This document shows positions 27,839 to 36,666 of a stretch of 64,000 bases of DNA, in pieces. Source of the stretch: Candidatus Bathyarchaeota archaeon (GTDB taxonomy: Archaea > Thermoproteota > Bathyarchaeia > Bathyarchaeales > DTEX01). Each line of letters opens with the position of its first letter. Within the stretch, counting starts at the first letter, position 1. The stretch covers positions 3,797 to 67,796 of the forward strand of contig JAGTQE010000004.1 of NCBI GenBank assembly GCA_018396635.1. The letters run 5' to 3'. The notes beneath the pieces were generated by a model. The model ran no database searches. It was not told the DNA's origin and worked only from the letters and a program-made list of their open reading frames with translations. The position numbers were made by a program, and so were the translations under genes.

Positions 27839-28870
27839 ATGGGTGTTGATTTAGGTGATTTGGTTCCAAGAGTGTCAACGGACCTAAGCAGTCTCAGTGG
27901 TAAGATTGTGGCGATAGATGCGTATAACGCGTTATACCAGTTTCTCGCAATAATTAGGCAGCCCAATGGAACACCGCTCATGGATCACTCTGGCAGAATT
28001 ACGAGCCACTTAAGCGGCCTATTCTATAGAACATGTAACTTGCTTGAGCTAGGAATAAAGCCTGTCTATGTTTTCGATGGGAAGCCGCCGGATCTCAAGG
28101 AGGCTGAAATCAAGAGTAGGATGAAGGTTAAAGAGGAGGCTATAAAAAAGTATGAGGCGGCATTGAGGGAAGGTAGAATAGAGGAGGCCCGTAAATATGC
28201 GCAGATGACATCACATCTAAAGGATTATATGGCTGAGGATGCTAAGCGCCTGCTAATACTTATGGGTGTGCCTTGGGTTCAAGCTCCCTCAGAGGGTGAA
28301 GCCCAAGCAGCGCATATAGCTAAGAGGGGAGATGCTAACTTTTGCGCGAGCCAGGACTATGATAGCTTGCTCTTCGGGGCGCCCTGTCTACTGAGAAACC
28401 TTACAATATCTGGGAGGAGAAAGCTTCCGAGAAAAAATGTCTACGTTGAAGTTGTCCCTGAAGTAATTGAGTTGGAGCGGGTTCTTAAGGAGCTAGGTAT
28501 CACTCGTGAGCAGCTGATTGATATAGGCATACTTATTGGAACCGACTATAATCCTGATGGCGTGAAAGGGATTGGCCCGAAGACTGCTCTTAAACTTATA
28601 AAGACTTATGGAAGCCTGGAGAGAGCTCTGCCAGTAATAAAGGGTGCCGAGTTTCCTGTCGAGCCATCTAAGATAAGGGAGATTTTCCTACATCCGAATG
28701 TTACGGATAATTATAGAATTGAGTGGAGGGAGCCGGATATTGAGGGTGTTGTAAAATTCCTTTGTGATGAGAAAGATTTCTCAGAAGAGCGGGTGCGTAA
28801 GGCTTTGAGCGAGGCTGTTAAGGGCATGAAGAAGGCTAGGGCAAAGAGAACTCTTGAATCATGGTTTTAG
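27839..28870 (+). CDS. fen1: Flap endonuclease 1
   Basis: MGVDLGDLV...[11 protein letters not shown]...VYVFDGKPP...[10 protein letters not shown]...[10 protein letters not shown]...[16 protein letters not shown] are canonical XPG-N/XPG-I/H3TH motifs. Confidence 0.93.
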   Translation: MGVDLGDLVPRVSTDLSSLSGKIVAIDAYNALYQFLAIIRQPNGTPLMDHSGRITSHLSGLFYRTCNLLELGIKPVYVFDGKPPDLKEAEIKSRMKVKEEAIKKYEAALREGRIEEARKYAQMTSHLKDYMAEDAKRLLILMGVPWVQAPSEGEAQAAHIAKRGDANFCASQDYDSLLFGAPCLLRNLTISGRRKLPRKNVYVEVVPEVIELERVLKELGITREQLIDIGILIGTDYNPDGVKGIGPKTALKLIKTYGSLERALPVIKGAEFPVEPSKIREIFLHPNVTDNYRIEWREPDIEGVVKFLCDEKDFSEERVRKALSEAVKGMKKARAKRTLESWF

Positions 28871-28942
28871 GCTAGGATGTCAACCCTCCATCTAAGCGAA
28901 AAAAATATGAGAGAATAATGCTCTAAGGAAGCAAAGAAAAAG

Positions 28943-30460
28943 GTGAGAGTTTTGAATCTACGCGAAAATGAGGCGAAGGTGCTTATAGCGTTAAGGGATC
29001 TTGGCGGAAAAGCGACGATTGAGAGTCTCACGAAAACCACTAGGCTTGCAGATGCAGCTGTTATGCGTGCAGCCCTGTCGCTGGAGGCGAAGAACCTCAT
29101 TAGGGTAAGCGAAAGATCTGTGACAAAGTTTTCACTTAATGAGGAGGGAAGGAGGTATGCTGAGGATAAGCTGCCGGAGAGGCAGCTTGTTGAAATGCTG
29201 ATTAAGATGGGTGGTGAAGCATCGGTAGACGATGTCTTCAGGGCTGCGTCAATGGATAGTGGTTTGGCGACTATAGCATTAGGCTGGCTTATACGTAAGG
29301 GCTGGGCGAGAATGGAAAGTAGGGAAAGAAGAATCAGGGTTTTAGGGAACCCTGAAATTGGGTCAGATGAGAGACTTTTATCCATGCTTAAAGTGGCTGG
29401 AAGCTTAATTCTTGAGAACCTGGATGATAGTTTAAAGGAGGCGTTTAAGACCCTTAAAGGAAGAAAGCTGCTCATTGTTCGTGAGGAGTCAACTAAGGAG
29501 TTTGAGCTGACCGATGAGGGGTGGGCCCTTCTTAACAGGGGTATTGAAATTGTTGAGGAGGTGACGCAGTTAACGCCAGAGCTTATAGTGACCGGCAAAT
29601 GGCGTGAAAAGAAGATTCTAAAATACGATATTGAGGCTCCTGCGCCGAGGGTTTGGCCTGGAAAGAAGCATCCGTATCTGCGCTTCCTAGATGAGGTTCG
29701 AGAAAAGCTTGTTGCTTTAGGCTTTAAGGAGATGAATGGCCCGATCGTTGAAATAAGCTTCTTCAACTGTGATGGGCTTTATATGCCTCAGGATCATCCG
29801 GCTAGGGAAATTCATGACATGTACCTTATTAAGGATCCGGAGTATGGAGATTTAAGCCCATACATGGCTTTTCTTGAGCGGGTTAAGGAGACCCATGAGA
29901 ATGGATGGAAGACTGGCTCGAAGGGTTGGGGGTATAAGTTTTCGCTCCTTATGGCTGCAAGATTAATTTTACGCAGCCACACAACGTCTGTAAGCGTGAG
30001 AACGCTGATAAGCGACGATCTTGAGATACCTGGAAAATATTTTGCTATAGCCCGCTGCTATAGACCCGAGTTAATGGATAGAACCCATCTAAGCGAGTTC
30101 AATCAGGTTGAGGGTATAGTTGTCGGCGAGGACTTAACGCTCCGCGATTTACTGGGCATACTTGAGCGCTTTGCAATAGATATAGCTGGGGCAGATAAGG
30201 TCAAGTTCAGGCCGGATTACTTCCCCTTCACTGAACCCAGCGTTGAGCTATCAGCCTATAAGGAGGGATATGGTTGGATGGAGTTCGGTGGCTCCGGGAT
30301 ATTTCGGCCAGAGGTAACGCTTCCGCTCGGCATAGATGTTCCTGTATTAGCGTGGGGTCTGGGCGTTGATAGGCTTTTCATGATGAGGGCCGGGATAAAC
30401 GATATACGATATCTCTTTACACATGATCTCGACTGGCTTAGGGGGAAGGAGATGATATAA
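28943..30460 (+). CDS. pheS: Phenylalanine-tRNA ligase alpha subunit (archaeal type)
   Basis: N-terminal winged-helix repeats followed by the class II core (...HPYLRFLDEVREKLVALGF..., ...RSHTTSVS..., ...FRPDYFPFTEPS..., ...GSGIFRPEV...AWGLGVDRL). Confidence 0.92.
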   Translation: MRVLNLRENEAKVLIALRDLGGKATIESLTKTTRLADAAVMRAALSLEAKNLIRVSERSVTKFSLNEEGRRYAEDKLPERQLVEMLIKMGGEASVDDVFRAASMDSGLATIALGWLIRKGWARMESRERRIRVLGNPEIGSDERLLSMLKVAGSLILENLDDSLKEAFKTLKGRKLLIVREESTKEFELTDEGWALLNRGIEIVEEVTQLTPELIVTGKWREKKILKYDIEAPAPRVWPGKKHPYLRFLDEVREKLVALGFKEMNGPIVEISFFNCDGLYMPQDHPAREIHDMYLIKDPEYGDLSPYMAFLERVKETHENGWKTGSKGWGYKFSLLMAARLILRSHTTSVSVRTLISDDLEIPGKYFAIARCYRPELMDRTHLSEFNQVEGIVVGEDLTLRDLLGILERFAIDIAGADKVKFRPDYFPFTEPSVELSAYKEGYGWMEFGGSGIFRPEVTLPLGIDVPVLAWGLGVDRLFMMRAGINDIRYLFTHDLDWLRGKEMI

Positions 30461-30461
30461 T

Positions 30462-32159
30462 ATGCCGACAATCGAGGTTGAGCGGGAAGATCTAGAGCTG
30501 CTCTTAGGAATGAAACTGCCCGAAAGCATCGAGGAGATAGATGAGATCCTATCGTTCATAAAGGGAGAAGCGAAGCACATCGATGAGAAAGAAATCCATA
30601 TAGATGTTAAAGATAGCAATCGGGCAGACATATGGGGGGTTGAGGGGATAGCGCGTGCCCTAAAAGGGATACTTGGCATAGAGAGGGGCCTTAAACGCTA
30701 CAGTGTTGTTGGCGGGTCAGGGGTTACAGTTTATGTTGACCCACGCCTAAGAGATATACGGCCATATATCGCTTGCGCGGTCGTTAGGGATGTTAATTTG
30801 AGCGATGCTGCGATACGCCATATAATGCGCTTCCAGGATAAAATGGATCAAACTTATGGTCGTGGTAGGCGGAGGACGTCGATAGGACTATACGATTTTG
30901 ATTTAGTTAAGCCTCCGCTAAGATATACTGTCTCTAAGCCTGATGAGATAAGCTTCGTTCCATTGGGCTTCGAGCAAGAGATGACATTAGCCGAAATACT
31001 TGAGAAGCATCCGAAAGGGATAGAGTATGGGCATATAGTTAGGCAATTTGATGTCTGGCCGATCTTCATAGATTCTAGGGGTAAAGTTCTATCTTTCCCG
31101 CCAATAATTAATTCAAATGATCTGGGTAGGGTTACTATTGAAACGAGGAATATCCTCGTTGAAGTTACCGGCACATCATATAAAACAGTTCTCTACACCC
31201 TAACTAACATTACTCTGGCCCTAGCGGATAGGGGAGGAAAAATATATTCGGCTATAATAAATTATCCGTATGAGGATCTGGGTGAAGTTATAACGCCCAA
31301 CCTTGAAACAGAGAAGATTTGCGTGAACATTAATTATGTGAGGAAGATTATAGGCATGCCGCTAGGCATCGATGAGATAATAGACCTTTTAGAGAGATCT
31401 AGATATGGGGTTTCGGAAATAGTGGGTGATGATATAGTTGTCGAGATACCGTGTTACCGCCCAGATGTAATGCATCCCATAGATGTAGTTGAGGATATAG
31501 CTATAGCGTATGATTTGAATAAGATTAAACCGAGGTGGCCTCAGATATCAACTATCGGCGGCTTATTGCCCGAATCCCGCTTACGTAGTCTCATTAGAGA
31601 GTTGATGATCGGCTTAGGATATCAAGAGGTCTTAACGTTCACCCTAACAAATAAAACAGTCCTATTTGAGAAGATGAATATTCCGCCCGAAAGAGTAATT
31701 GAGGTTGCGAATCCAAAGGTTCTCTCAATGACGTGTCTAAGAAGCTGGCTACTACCGAGCTTAATGGAGCTTCTAAGCCATAATACCCATGTGGAGTATC
31801 CTCAAAGAATCTTTGAGGTGGGCTATTGCGTTTTGCCTGATGAGAAGCAGCCAAATAGGGCTAGGGATGTCGAGAAATTGGCGTGCGTCACAATACATTC
31901 CGAGGCAAGCTTCTCTGAGATTAAGTCAGCTCTCGACGCGCTACTGTCTAATCTCGGTCTTAAGTATAGGTTAGAGGAAACAGTGCATGGGAGTTTTATT
32001 GAGGGGCGTGTTGGGAAGATAATTGTAGGCGGGTTGGAGGAGGTTGGTCTAATAGGTGAGATAAACCCGCAAGTGCTAGAGAACTGGGGACTGGAGAATC
32101 CAGCTGCAGCCTTTGAGATAGACCTCAGCAAAATATGGAAACTTATAAAAATTAAGTGA
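30462..32159 (+). CDS. pheT: Phenylalanine-tRNA ligase beta subunit (archaeal type)
   Basis: MPTIEVEREDLELLLG..., B3/4 and B5 domains. 565 aa. It starts 2 nt after pheS. Confidence 0.9.
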   Translation: MPTIEVEREDLELLLGMKLPESIEEIDEILSFIKGEAKHIDEKEIHIDVKDSNRADIWGVEGIARALKGILGIERGLKRYSVVGGSGVTVYVDPRLRDIRPYIACAVVRDVNLSDAAIRHIMRFQDKMDQTYGRGRRRTSIGLYDFDLVKPPLRYTVSKPDEISFVPLGFEQEMTLAEILEKHPKGIEYGHIVRQFDVWPIFIDSRGKVLSFPPIINSNDLGRVTIETRNILVEVTGTSYKTVLYTLTNITLALADRGGKIYSAIINYPYEDLGEVITPNLETEKICVNINYVRKIIGMPLGIDEIIDLLERSRYGVSEIVGDDIVVEIPCYRPDVMHPIDVVEDIAIAYDLNKIKPRWPQISTIGGLLPESRLRSLIRELMIGLGYQEVLTFTLTNKTVLFEKMNIPPERVIEVANPKVLSMTCLRSWLLPSLMELLSHNTHVEYPQRIFEVGYCVLPDEKQPNRARDVEKLACVTIHSEASFSEIKSALDALLSNLGLKYRLEETVHGSFIEGRVGKIIVGGLEEVGLIGEINPQVLENWGLENPAAAFEIDLSKIWKLIKIK

Positions 32160-32366
32160 ATTCTGAATTCTAAATCAGAATTCTGGCTTAATCTTAACGG
32201 CTAATGTTCTACTATTTTTGTTGATATCTAACATGCTTTCCGGGATAGCCTCTCTCCCTTCCAGCCTCCCCTTACGAGGATAGCGGAATCTGTTCGGCTA
32301 TTAGATGTCTCCAGAAAGTTTATTAGATTCCACACGTTTATTTCTGGGCGCGGTGAATTACGTCAA

Positions 32367-33206
32367 TTGTCATTTGAAATACAAGATTTAGTAGACATTT
32401 TAAGAATCCTCACTCTTGTAGAGCTTGGTGAGAAACCTATTTTAAAGCGTAGTTTAGAGCGTAAAATATGCCGCATTTGCAAGGGGCGATTTAATATAGA
32501 TGTTGAGGATTTTAATGAGATGTTAAAAAGCATGGTTGAGGAGGGGCTTATATCTGTATCGGGTGATTATGTTAAGTTGACTGATAAAGGGGCTGGGATA
32601 GGTAGAGAGTGGAGAAAATTCCTTTTTAAGGGTGAGCCAATTCTGGAGATCATAGCTGGCATAGCGGATGGAACTGTTGCTAGCCTTACATTGATATTAT
32701 CCTCCCTTATAGCTGGCTTATCCATGAAGATGACGCTGATAGCATCAATATTAAGCCTAATAATAGTTTCAATAACAAACTTCTCAAGTTTTCTTCTTGG
32801 CGGGATAACCGAGAACCTTGCAGATTTAACGACATTGCAGAACTTAATAATTTATAGTTTAAGCGATATCCCAGACAGCGTGGAGAGAACTAAGGCGATT
32901 CATTTAGCCAGGGAATTACTAAATCTGCTGCGTAGGGAGAGGAGTAAAATGAGCATTTTGTCGGCCTTAGCATGCGGGGGAGCAACGTTTGCATCAGCTG
33001 CAGTGCCGCTAGCCATATACCTATCTCTACCCCAGCCGATTGACATGATTCTCTCGCTATCAATAATTCTTGCGATGGCCGGCATATTCCTAGTCTACTA
33101 TCGCGCCCTTAAAATGAGAATACATTGGAAAATAACACTCCTTCAAACAATAACGGTCATAGCTGGAGTGCTAATTATGTCGCTTTTATTGAGCACCAAT
33201 ATTTGA
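32367..33206 (+). CDS. Membrane protein: N-terminal winged-helix-like domain fused to a VIT1/CCC1-like transmembrane domain
   Basis: The N-terminal ~85 aa are soluble (...FNEMLKSMVEEGLISVSGDYVKLTDKG...). They are followed by IIAGIADGTVASLTLILSSLIAG (VIT-family GxxDGxxS motif) and about 5 TM segments. Confidence 0.45.
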   Translation: MSFEIQDLVDILRILTLVELGEKPILKRSLERKICRICKGRFNIDVEDFNEMLKSMVEEGLISVSGDYVKLTDKGAGIGREWRKFLFKGEPILEIIAGIADGTVASLTLILSSLIAGLSMKMTLIASILSLIIVSITNFSSFLLGGITENLADLTTLQNLIIYSLSDIPDSVERTKAIHLARELLNLLRRERSKMSILSALACGGATFASAAVPLAIYLSLPQPIDMILSLSIILAMAGIFLVYYRALKMRIHWKITLLQTITVIAGVLIMSLLLSTNI

Positions 33207-33369
33207 GGGCTTGGTCTTAGAAGGCTCCGCCAAATATAATTTTATGGGTTAATTGGGGAAGCTACAGTCCTTAATAACATTTTAGAGGTTATGAGCAGCA
33301 GAGTGCTGAAGAAAAACTTATTTCTTCCTTTCTCTTTTACATGATTTTGGCGATGATATGAGCCTTAAT

Positions 33370-33579
33370 CCCGCCGGAACCCCTATCTGGGGCCCGCAGA
33401 GACGGACTTGACTGAGAGAGGTGTCGCATCACCTTTCGATGAGGGAGAGTTTACCCAGATGCGGGACACGGCGGGCGTGGGCGCTAAAATTCCACGTGTG
33501 AGAGAGCCCGGCTGAGAGGAGCGAAGCCCGCTCGTCTGTGAGGCTGGGTGTTAGTCACGTGGAACACAAAGCGCCCACG
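33370..33579 (+). ncRNA. GC-rich structured small RNA: two K-turn-containing hairpins, each followed by ACA (double box H/ACA-type guide RNA candidate)
   Basis: No ORF, and a sharp GC rise relative to the flanks. The two units are built identically: lower stem, internal loop, upper stem, U-GA//NNN-GA-G K-turn, apical hairpin. ACA lies at 33466-33468 and 33566-33568. G-U pairs are valid only on the + strand. Full coordinates are in the findings. Confidence 0.55.
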
Positions 33580-33580
33580 A

Positions 33581-33607
33581 AAAATTCTCCTACATTGTGA
33601 GAATTTT
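33581..33607 (+). terminator. AT-rich hairpin (9-bp stem) just 3' of the structured RNA; possible sRNA 3' end or terminator, or a regulatory hairpin of the downstream gene
   Basis: AAAATTCTC (33581-33589) / GAGAATTTT (33599-33607) with loop CTACATTGT, followed by a T-run. Confidence 0.3.
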
Positions 33608-33621
33608 CGGGATCATAAGGC

Positions 33622-33629
33622 TTATAAAA
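33622..33629 (+). promoter_or_regulatory. TATA-box-like element for the glycosidase gene
   Basis: TTATAAAA lies about 34 nt upstream of the TTG start at 33663, consistent with a short-leader or leaderless archaeal mRNA. Confidence 0.4.
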
Positions 33630-33662
33630 TGTCCTTATTTAAGATAGACTGGTGGGATCCAC

Positions 33663-36659
33663 TTGATAAACTATGAATTGTTTAGGGATCCGCCTAAGGA
33701 ATATAGGGGTGTGCCATTCTGGTCCATAAATGATTACCTTGACCCCAAAGAAATAGTCCGCCAAGTCGCCCTGCTGGATGATGGTGGATATGGCGGCGCC
33801 TTCTTTCATGCCAGGGAAGGCTTGGTCACACCATTCTTAGGCGAAGAGTGGTTTAAATCCTTTGAGGCAGCGTTAAATGAGGCAAAAAGACGCGGAATGT
33901 TCATATGGATATATGATGAGCTTTGGTGGCCTTCGGGTTTCGCCGGTGGGATAGTTCCAGCCCTTGGACCGAAATATAGGGCTAAAGCTCTGGCTGCAGT
34001 TATAGGTGAGAGGGCTTATGGCGGCGGCGAGATCATAGCCAACTTTAAGTGCAAGTTGAATGATGAGGGTTTACCATGCGAGTATATGCCTGCTAAGCCG
34101 GGTGAGGAGGGCGGCGGATACCTATATCTATCCTTTATAACCTACACTGCGCCTCCAGGTGAGACATGGTTCAGCGGCATGAGCTATGTCGACCTACTGA
34201 GCGCTGAAGTTGTAAAGAAATTCCTTGAGGTTGCATACGCTCCCTACATCGAGAGATTTAAGGATGATGCTGGTAAGAGCATGCCTGGAGTATTCACTGA
34301 CGAGCCAAATATATCGAGTAGTAGGCCTAGGGTATCCGGGTTTGGCGAGACTGTTCTGGTCCCGCCTAGGGGGCCTAGGTTCCCAGTTTTCGCCTTACCA
34401 TGGACTGATAGGCTTGTTGAGCGCTTTAAGGAGATGAACGGCTACAATATATTGGATAGGCTGCCGGAGCTCCTCTTCAACATCGGAAACTATAGGAGGA
34501 CTAGGTATGACTTCTGGAAGACGGTGACAATGCTCTTCCTAGAAGCTTTTTCAAGGCAGATATATGAGTGGTGTGATAGAAATGGATTAAAGTTCACTGG
34601 CCACTACCTGGCTGAGGATAGCCTCTTAAGCCAGTTGATATGTGGTGGCGCGGTAATGCCCCACTACGAATACCAGCATGTTCCGGGCATAGATCATTTG
34701 GGCATGCATATTTGGGGTAGCCTGCTAACAGCTAAGCAGGTTTCAAGTGTAGCAAATCAGCTTGGGAAGAAAAGAGTTTTATGTGAGACATACGGCTGCA
34801 CAGGCAACTATCCATCCTTCGCAGATAGAAAGTGGATTGGGGATTGGCTATACGCTATGGGCGTTAACCTGCTAAACCACCATCTAGTTCCATACTCTAT
34901 GCGCGGTAGGAGAAAGCGGGATTATGGGCTTAATTTCCATTGGAGCCAACCTTGGTGGAAGTATAACAGGATCATAGAGGATTACTTCGCTAGGCTGAGC
35001 TATATTCTTTCTATAGGGAAGCGTATAGTTAACGTCTTAGTTATACATCCTATTGGGAGCGCTTGGGCGTCATTCTCGCCCCTAAACGTATCTGAGGTCA
35101 AAGAGCTAGATAGTCTTTTGACAACGCTGCTGAGAACTCTGCTCTCACTCCACATAGACTTTGACTTGGGAGATGAAATGTTGATGGCTAAGTATGGCAG
35201 CGTTAAAGATGGGAAGATCTCGATTGGAAGGATGTCCTATGATGTCGTTGTGGTTCCGCCTAGCTTAACTCTAGAAGAAAGCACAGTTAAGATGCTTGAA
35301 GAGTTTGTTAAGGTCGGCGGTAGGCTAATAGCTATATCACCTAAGCCTTCCCTAGTGAGGGGCGAAAAGAGTGAGAGGATCGTTGAAGTGCTGAATAAAG
35401 CCGTAAACGTTGATAGGGTGGATAGGAAGTCGATAAGTAAGGCTTTAGAAGATATTCCTAAACCCATCCTGATAGATGGAGATGAAGAGGGCGAAGTCCT
35501 CTACCACTTAAGGCTAGATGAGGAGAGCGGCAGCATTATACTCTTCCTGGCTAACACTAGTAGGGAGAACTCTCATGATTTAAGGCTTTCCATGCATGGA
35601 TCGTTTAAAGTCGAGGTTTGGGATGCAATAAGCGGAGAGAGGAGAGAGTATCCAGCGGAATTCACCTCAGGAAAAACCTTCTGGCAGATAAGACTCGAAC
35701 CAATCGGCTCAGCAACGTTCATTTTGAGACCAGGCACACCAGTAGCGGAGAAGATGGAGGGATGGATTAAGGTTCGAGAGGAGACCGTGGATGGAGTGTG
35801 GAGGGTCAGGAGAATTAACCCAAACATACTTGTACTAGACTACTGTAGATATAGGGTTAAGGGAGCTTGGAGCGAGCTGATGCCCCTCTGGAGGGCACAT
35901 AACCTTATAGTGCGGAACGGGTTGGGAACAAGGTTCTCGCTGAGATTTGAGTTTGAGTCAGAAATAGATCTTAGAGGTAAAAGAATATATTTGGTTGTCG
36001 AGAGACCTGAATGCTTCAAAATATATGTTAATGGGTCTGAGGTTAAGGCAAGGCCCAGCGGATACTGGATCGATTGGAACTTCCCAATGATAGATATCTC
36101 AGAGCTGGTCAGCAGAGGATTAAACACTATAGAGTTGGAGGGGGTTGTGGGGCTAGAGCCTGAACTTGAGAACATTTACCTGCTCGGCGACTTTGGAGTA
36201 AAAGCAGGAGCTAAGGGCTCCTCAAAGATTGTTGAGGAACCACCCTTTGTTGAATTAGGCGATCTATGCCAGATGGGATATCCATTCTACGCTGGTGAGA
36301 TCGAGTTAAGTAAGAATGTAAATCTGGGTGTACCTGAAGATGCGAGGCTTTCTCTCAGGCTTGAGGGGCTTAACTCATCGCTGGCCATAGTGTATATTAA
36401 TGGTAAAAAGGCTGGGGAAACAATATTGCCACCATACGAGGTTGATGCTACAGGGCTCCTAAAACCAGGAGAAAATGAGATAAGGGTGCTGCTTGTTGGG
36501 ACGCTCAGAAATGCTTTGGGGCCGCTTCACTATAAGGGCGACCCAGCCTTTATAGGTCCAGAAACATTTAGGGATCAGACAAACTGGACTGATGAGTATG
36601 TTCTAAGACCCTTCGGCGTGAAGAACATCAAAATATCAGTGTTTAGGAGGCGCCTTTAA
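33663..36659 (+). CDS. Large (998 aa) putative glycoside hydrolase (N-terminal catalytic barrel-like region, C-terminal beta-sandwich / sugar-binding-like domains)
   Basis: The N-terminus F.DPPKEYRGVPFWSINDYLDPKEIVRQVALLDDGGYGGAFFHAREGL...EEWF resembles the start of large bacterial glycosidases, GH106-like by recollection. The C-terminus ...LRLEGLNSSLAIVYINGKKAGE... resembles GH2-type sugar-binding jelly-rolls. Confidence 0.5.
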   Translation: MINYELFRDPPKEYRGVPFWSINDYLDPKEIVRQVALLDDGGYGGAFFHAREGLVTPFLGEEWFKSFEAALNEAKRRGMFIWIYDELWWPSGFAGGIVPALGPKYRAKALAAVIGERAYGGGEIIANFKCKLNDEGLPCEYMPAKPGEEGGGYLYLSFITYTAPPGETWFSGMSYVDLLSAEVVKKFLEVAYAPYIERFKDDAGKSMPGVFTDEPNISSSRPRVSGFGETVLVPPRGPRFPVFALPWTDRLVERFKEMNGYNILDRLPELLFNIGNYRRTRYDFWKTVTMLFLEAFSRQIYEWCDRNGLKFTGHYLAEDSLLSQLICGGAVMPHYEYQHVPGIDHLGMHIWGSLLTAKQVSSVANQLGKKRVLCETYGCTGNYPSFADRKWIGDWLYAMGVNLLNHHLVPYSMRGRRKRDYGLNFHWSQPWWKYNRIIEDYFARLSYILSIGKRIVNVLVIHPIGSAWASFSPLNVSEVKELDSLLTTLLRTLLSLHIDFDLGDEMLMAKYGSVKDGKISIGRMSYDVVVVPPSLTLEESTVKMLEEFVKVGGRLIAISPKPSLVRGEKSERIVEVLNKAVNVDRVDRKSISKALEDIPKPILIDGDEEGEVLYHLRLDEESGSIILFLANTSRENSHDLRLSMHGSFKVEVWDAISGERREYPAEFTSGKTFWQIRLEPIGSATFILRPGTPVAEKMEGWIKVREETVDGVWRVRRINPNILVLDYCRYRVKGAWSELMPLWRAHNLIVRNGLGTRFSLRFEFESEIDLRGKRIYLVVERPECFKIYVNGSEVKARPSGYWIDWNFPMIDISELVSRGLNTIELEGVVGLEPELENIYLLGDFGVKAGAKGSSKIVEEPPFVELGDLCQMGYPFYAGEIELSKNVNLGVPEDARLSLRLEGLNSSLAIVYINGKKAGETILPPYEVDATGLLKPGENEIRVLLVGTLRNALGPLHYKGDPAFIGPETFRDQTNWTDEYVLRPFGVKNIKISVFRRRL

Positions 36660-36666
36660 AGAGGAG

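Noticed and set aside
28867-29766. 299-aa minus-strand ORF, very Ser/Leu/Arg-rich, fully antisense to pheS
   Set aside because: It is low complexity with no recognisable motif. It lies exactly opposite a confidently identified PheRS alpha gene and is a typical antisense shadow ORF.
32157-32186. GAATTCTGAATTCTAAATCAGAATTCTGG: three GAATTC(T) copies and an 8-bp inverted repeat overlapping the pheT stop
   Set aside because: It could be a weak terminator hairpin. It is short, AT-rich and not followed by a clear oligo-T tract, so there is not enough evidence to call it a feature.
33359-33626. Whether the GC-rich RNA is SRP (7S) RNA or RNase P RNA
   Set aside because: I could not find the SRP helix-8 core (GGAA tetraloop with flanking AGCA/GGAAGCAG-type loops), Alu-domain features, or the RNase P CR-I/CR-V sequences (GAGGAAAGUCC, ACAGAA). 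The topology is tandem hairpins, each with a 3' ACA, and it fits neither RNA. A covariance-model scan is still needed to exclude a minimal (type T) RNase P.
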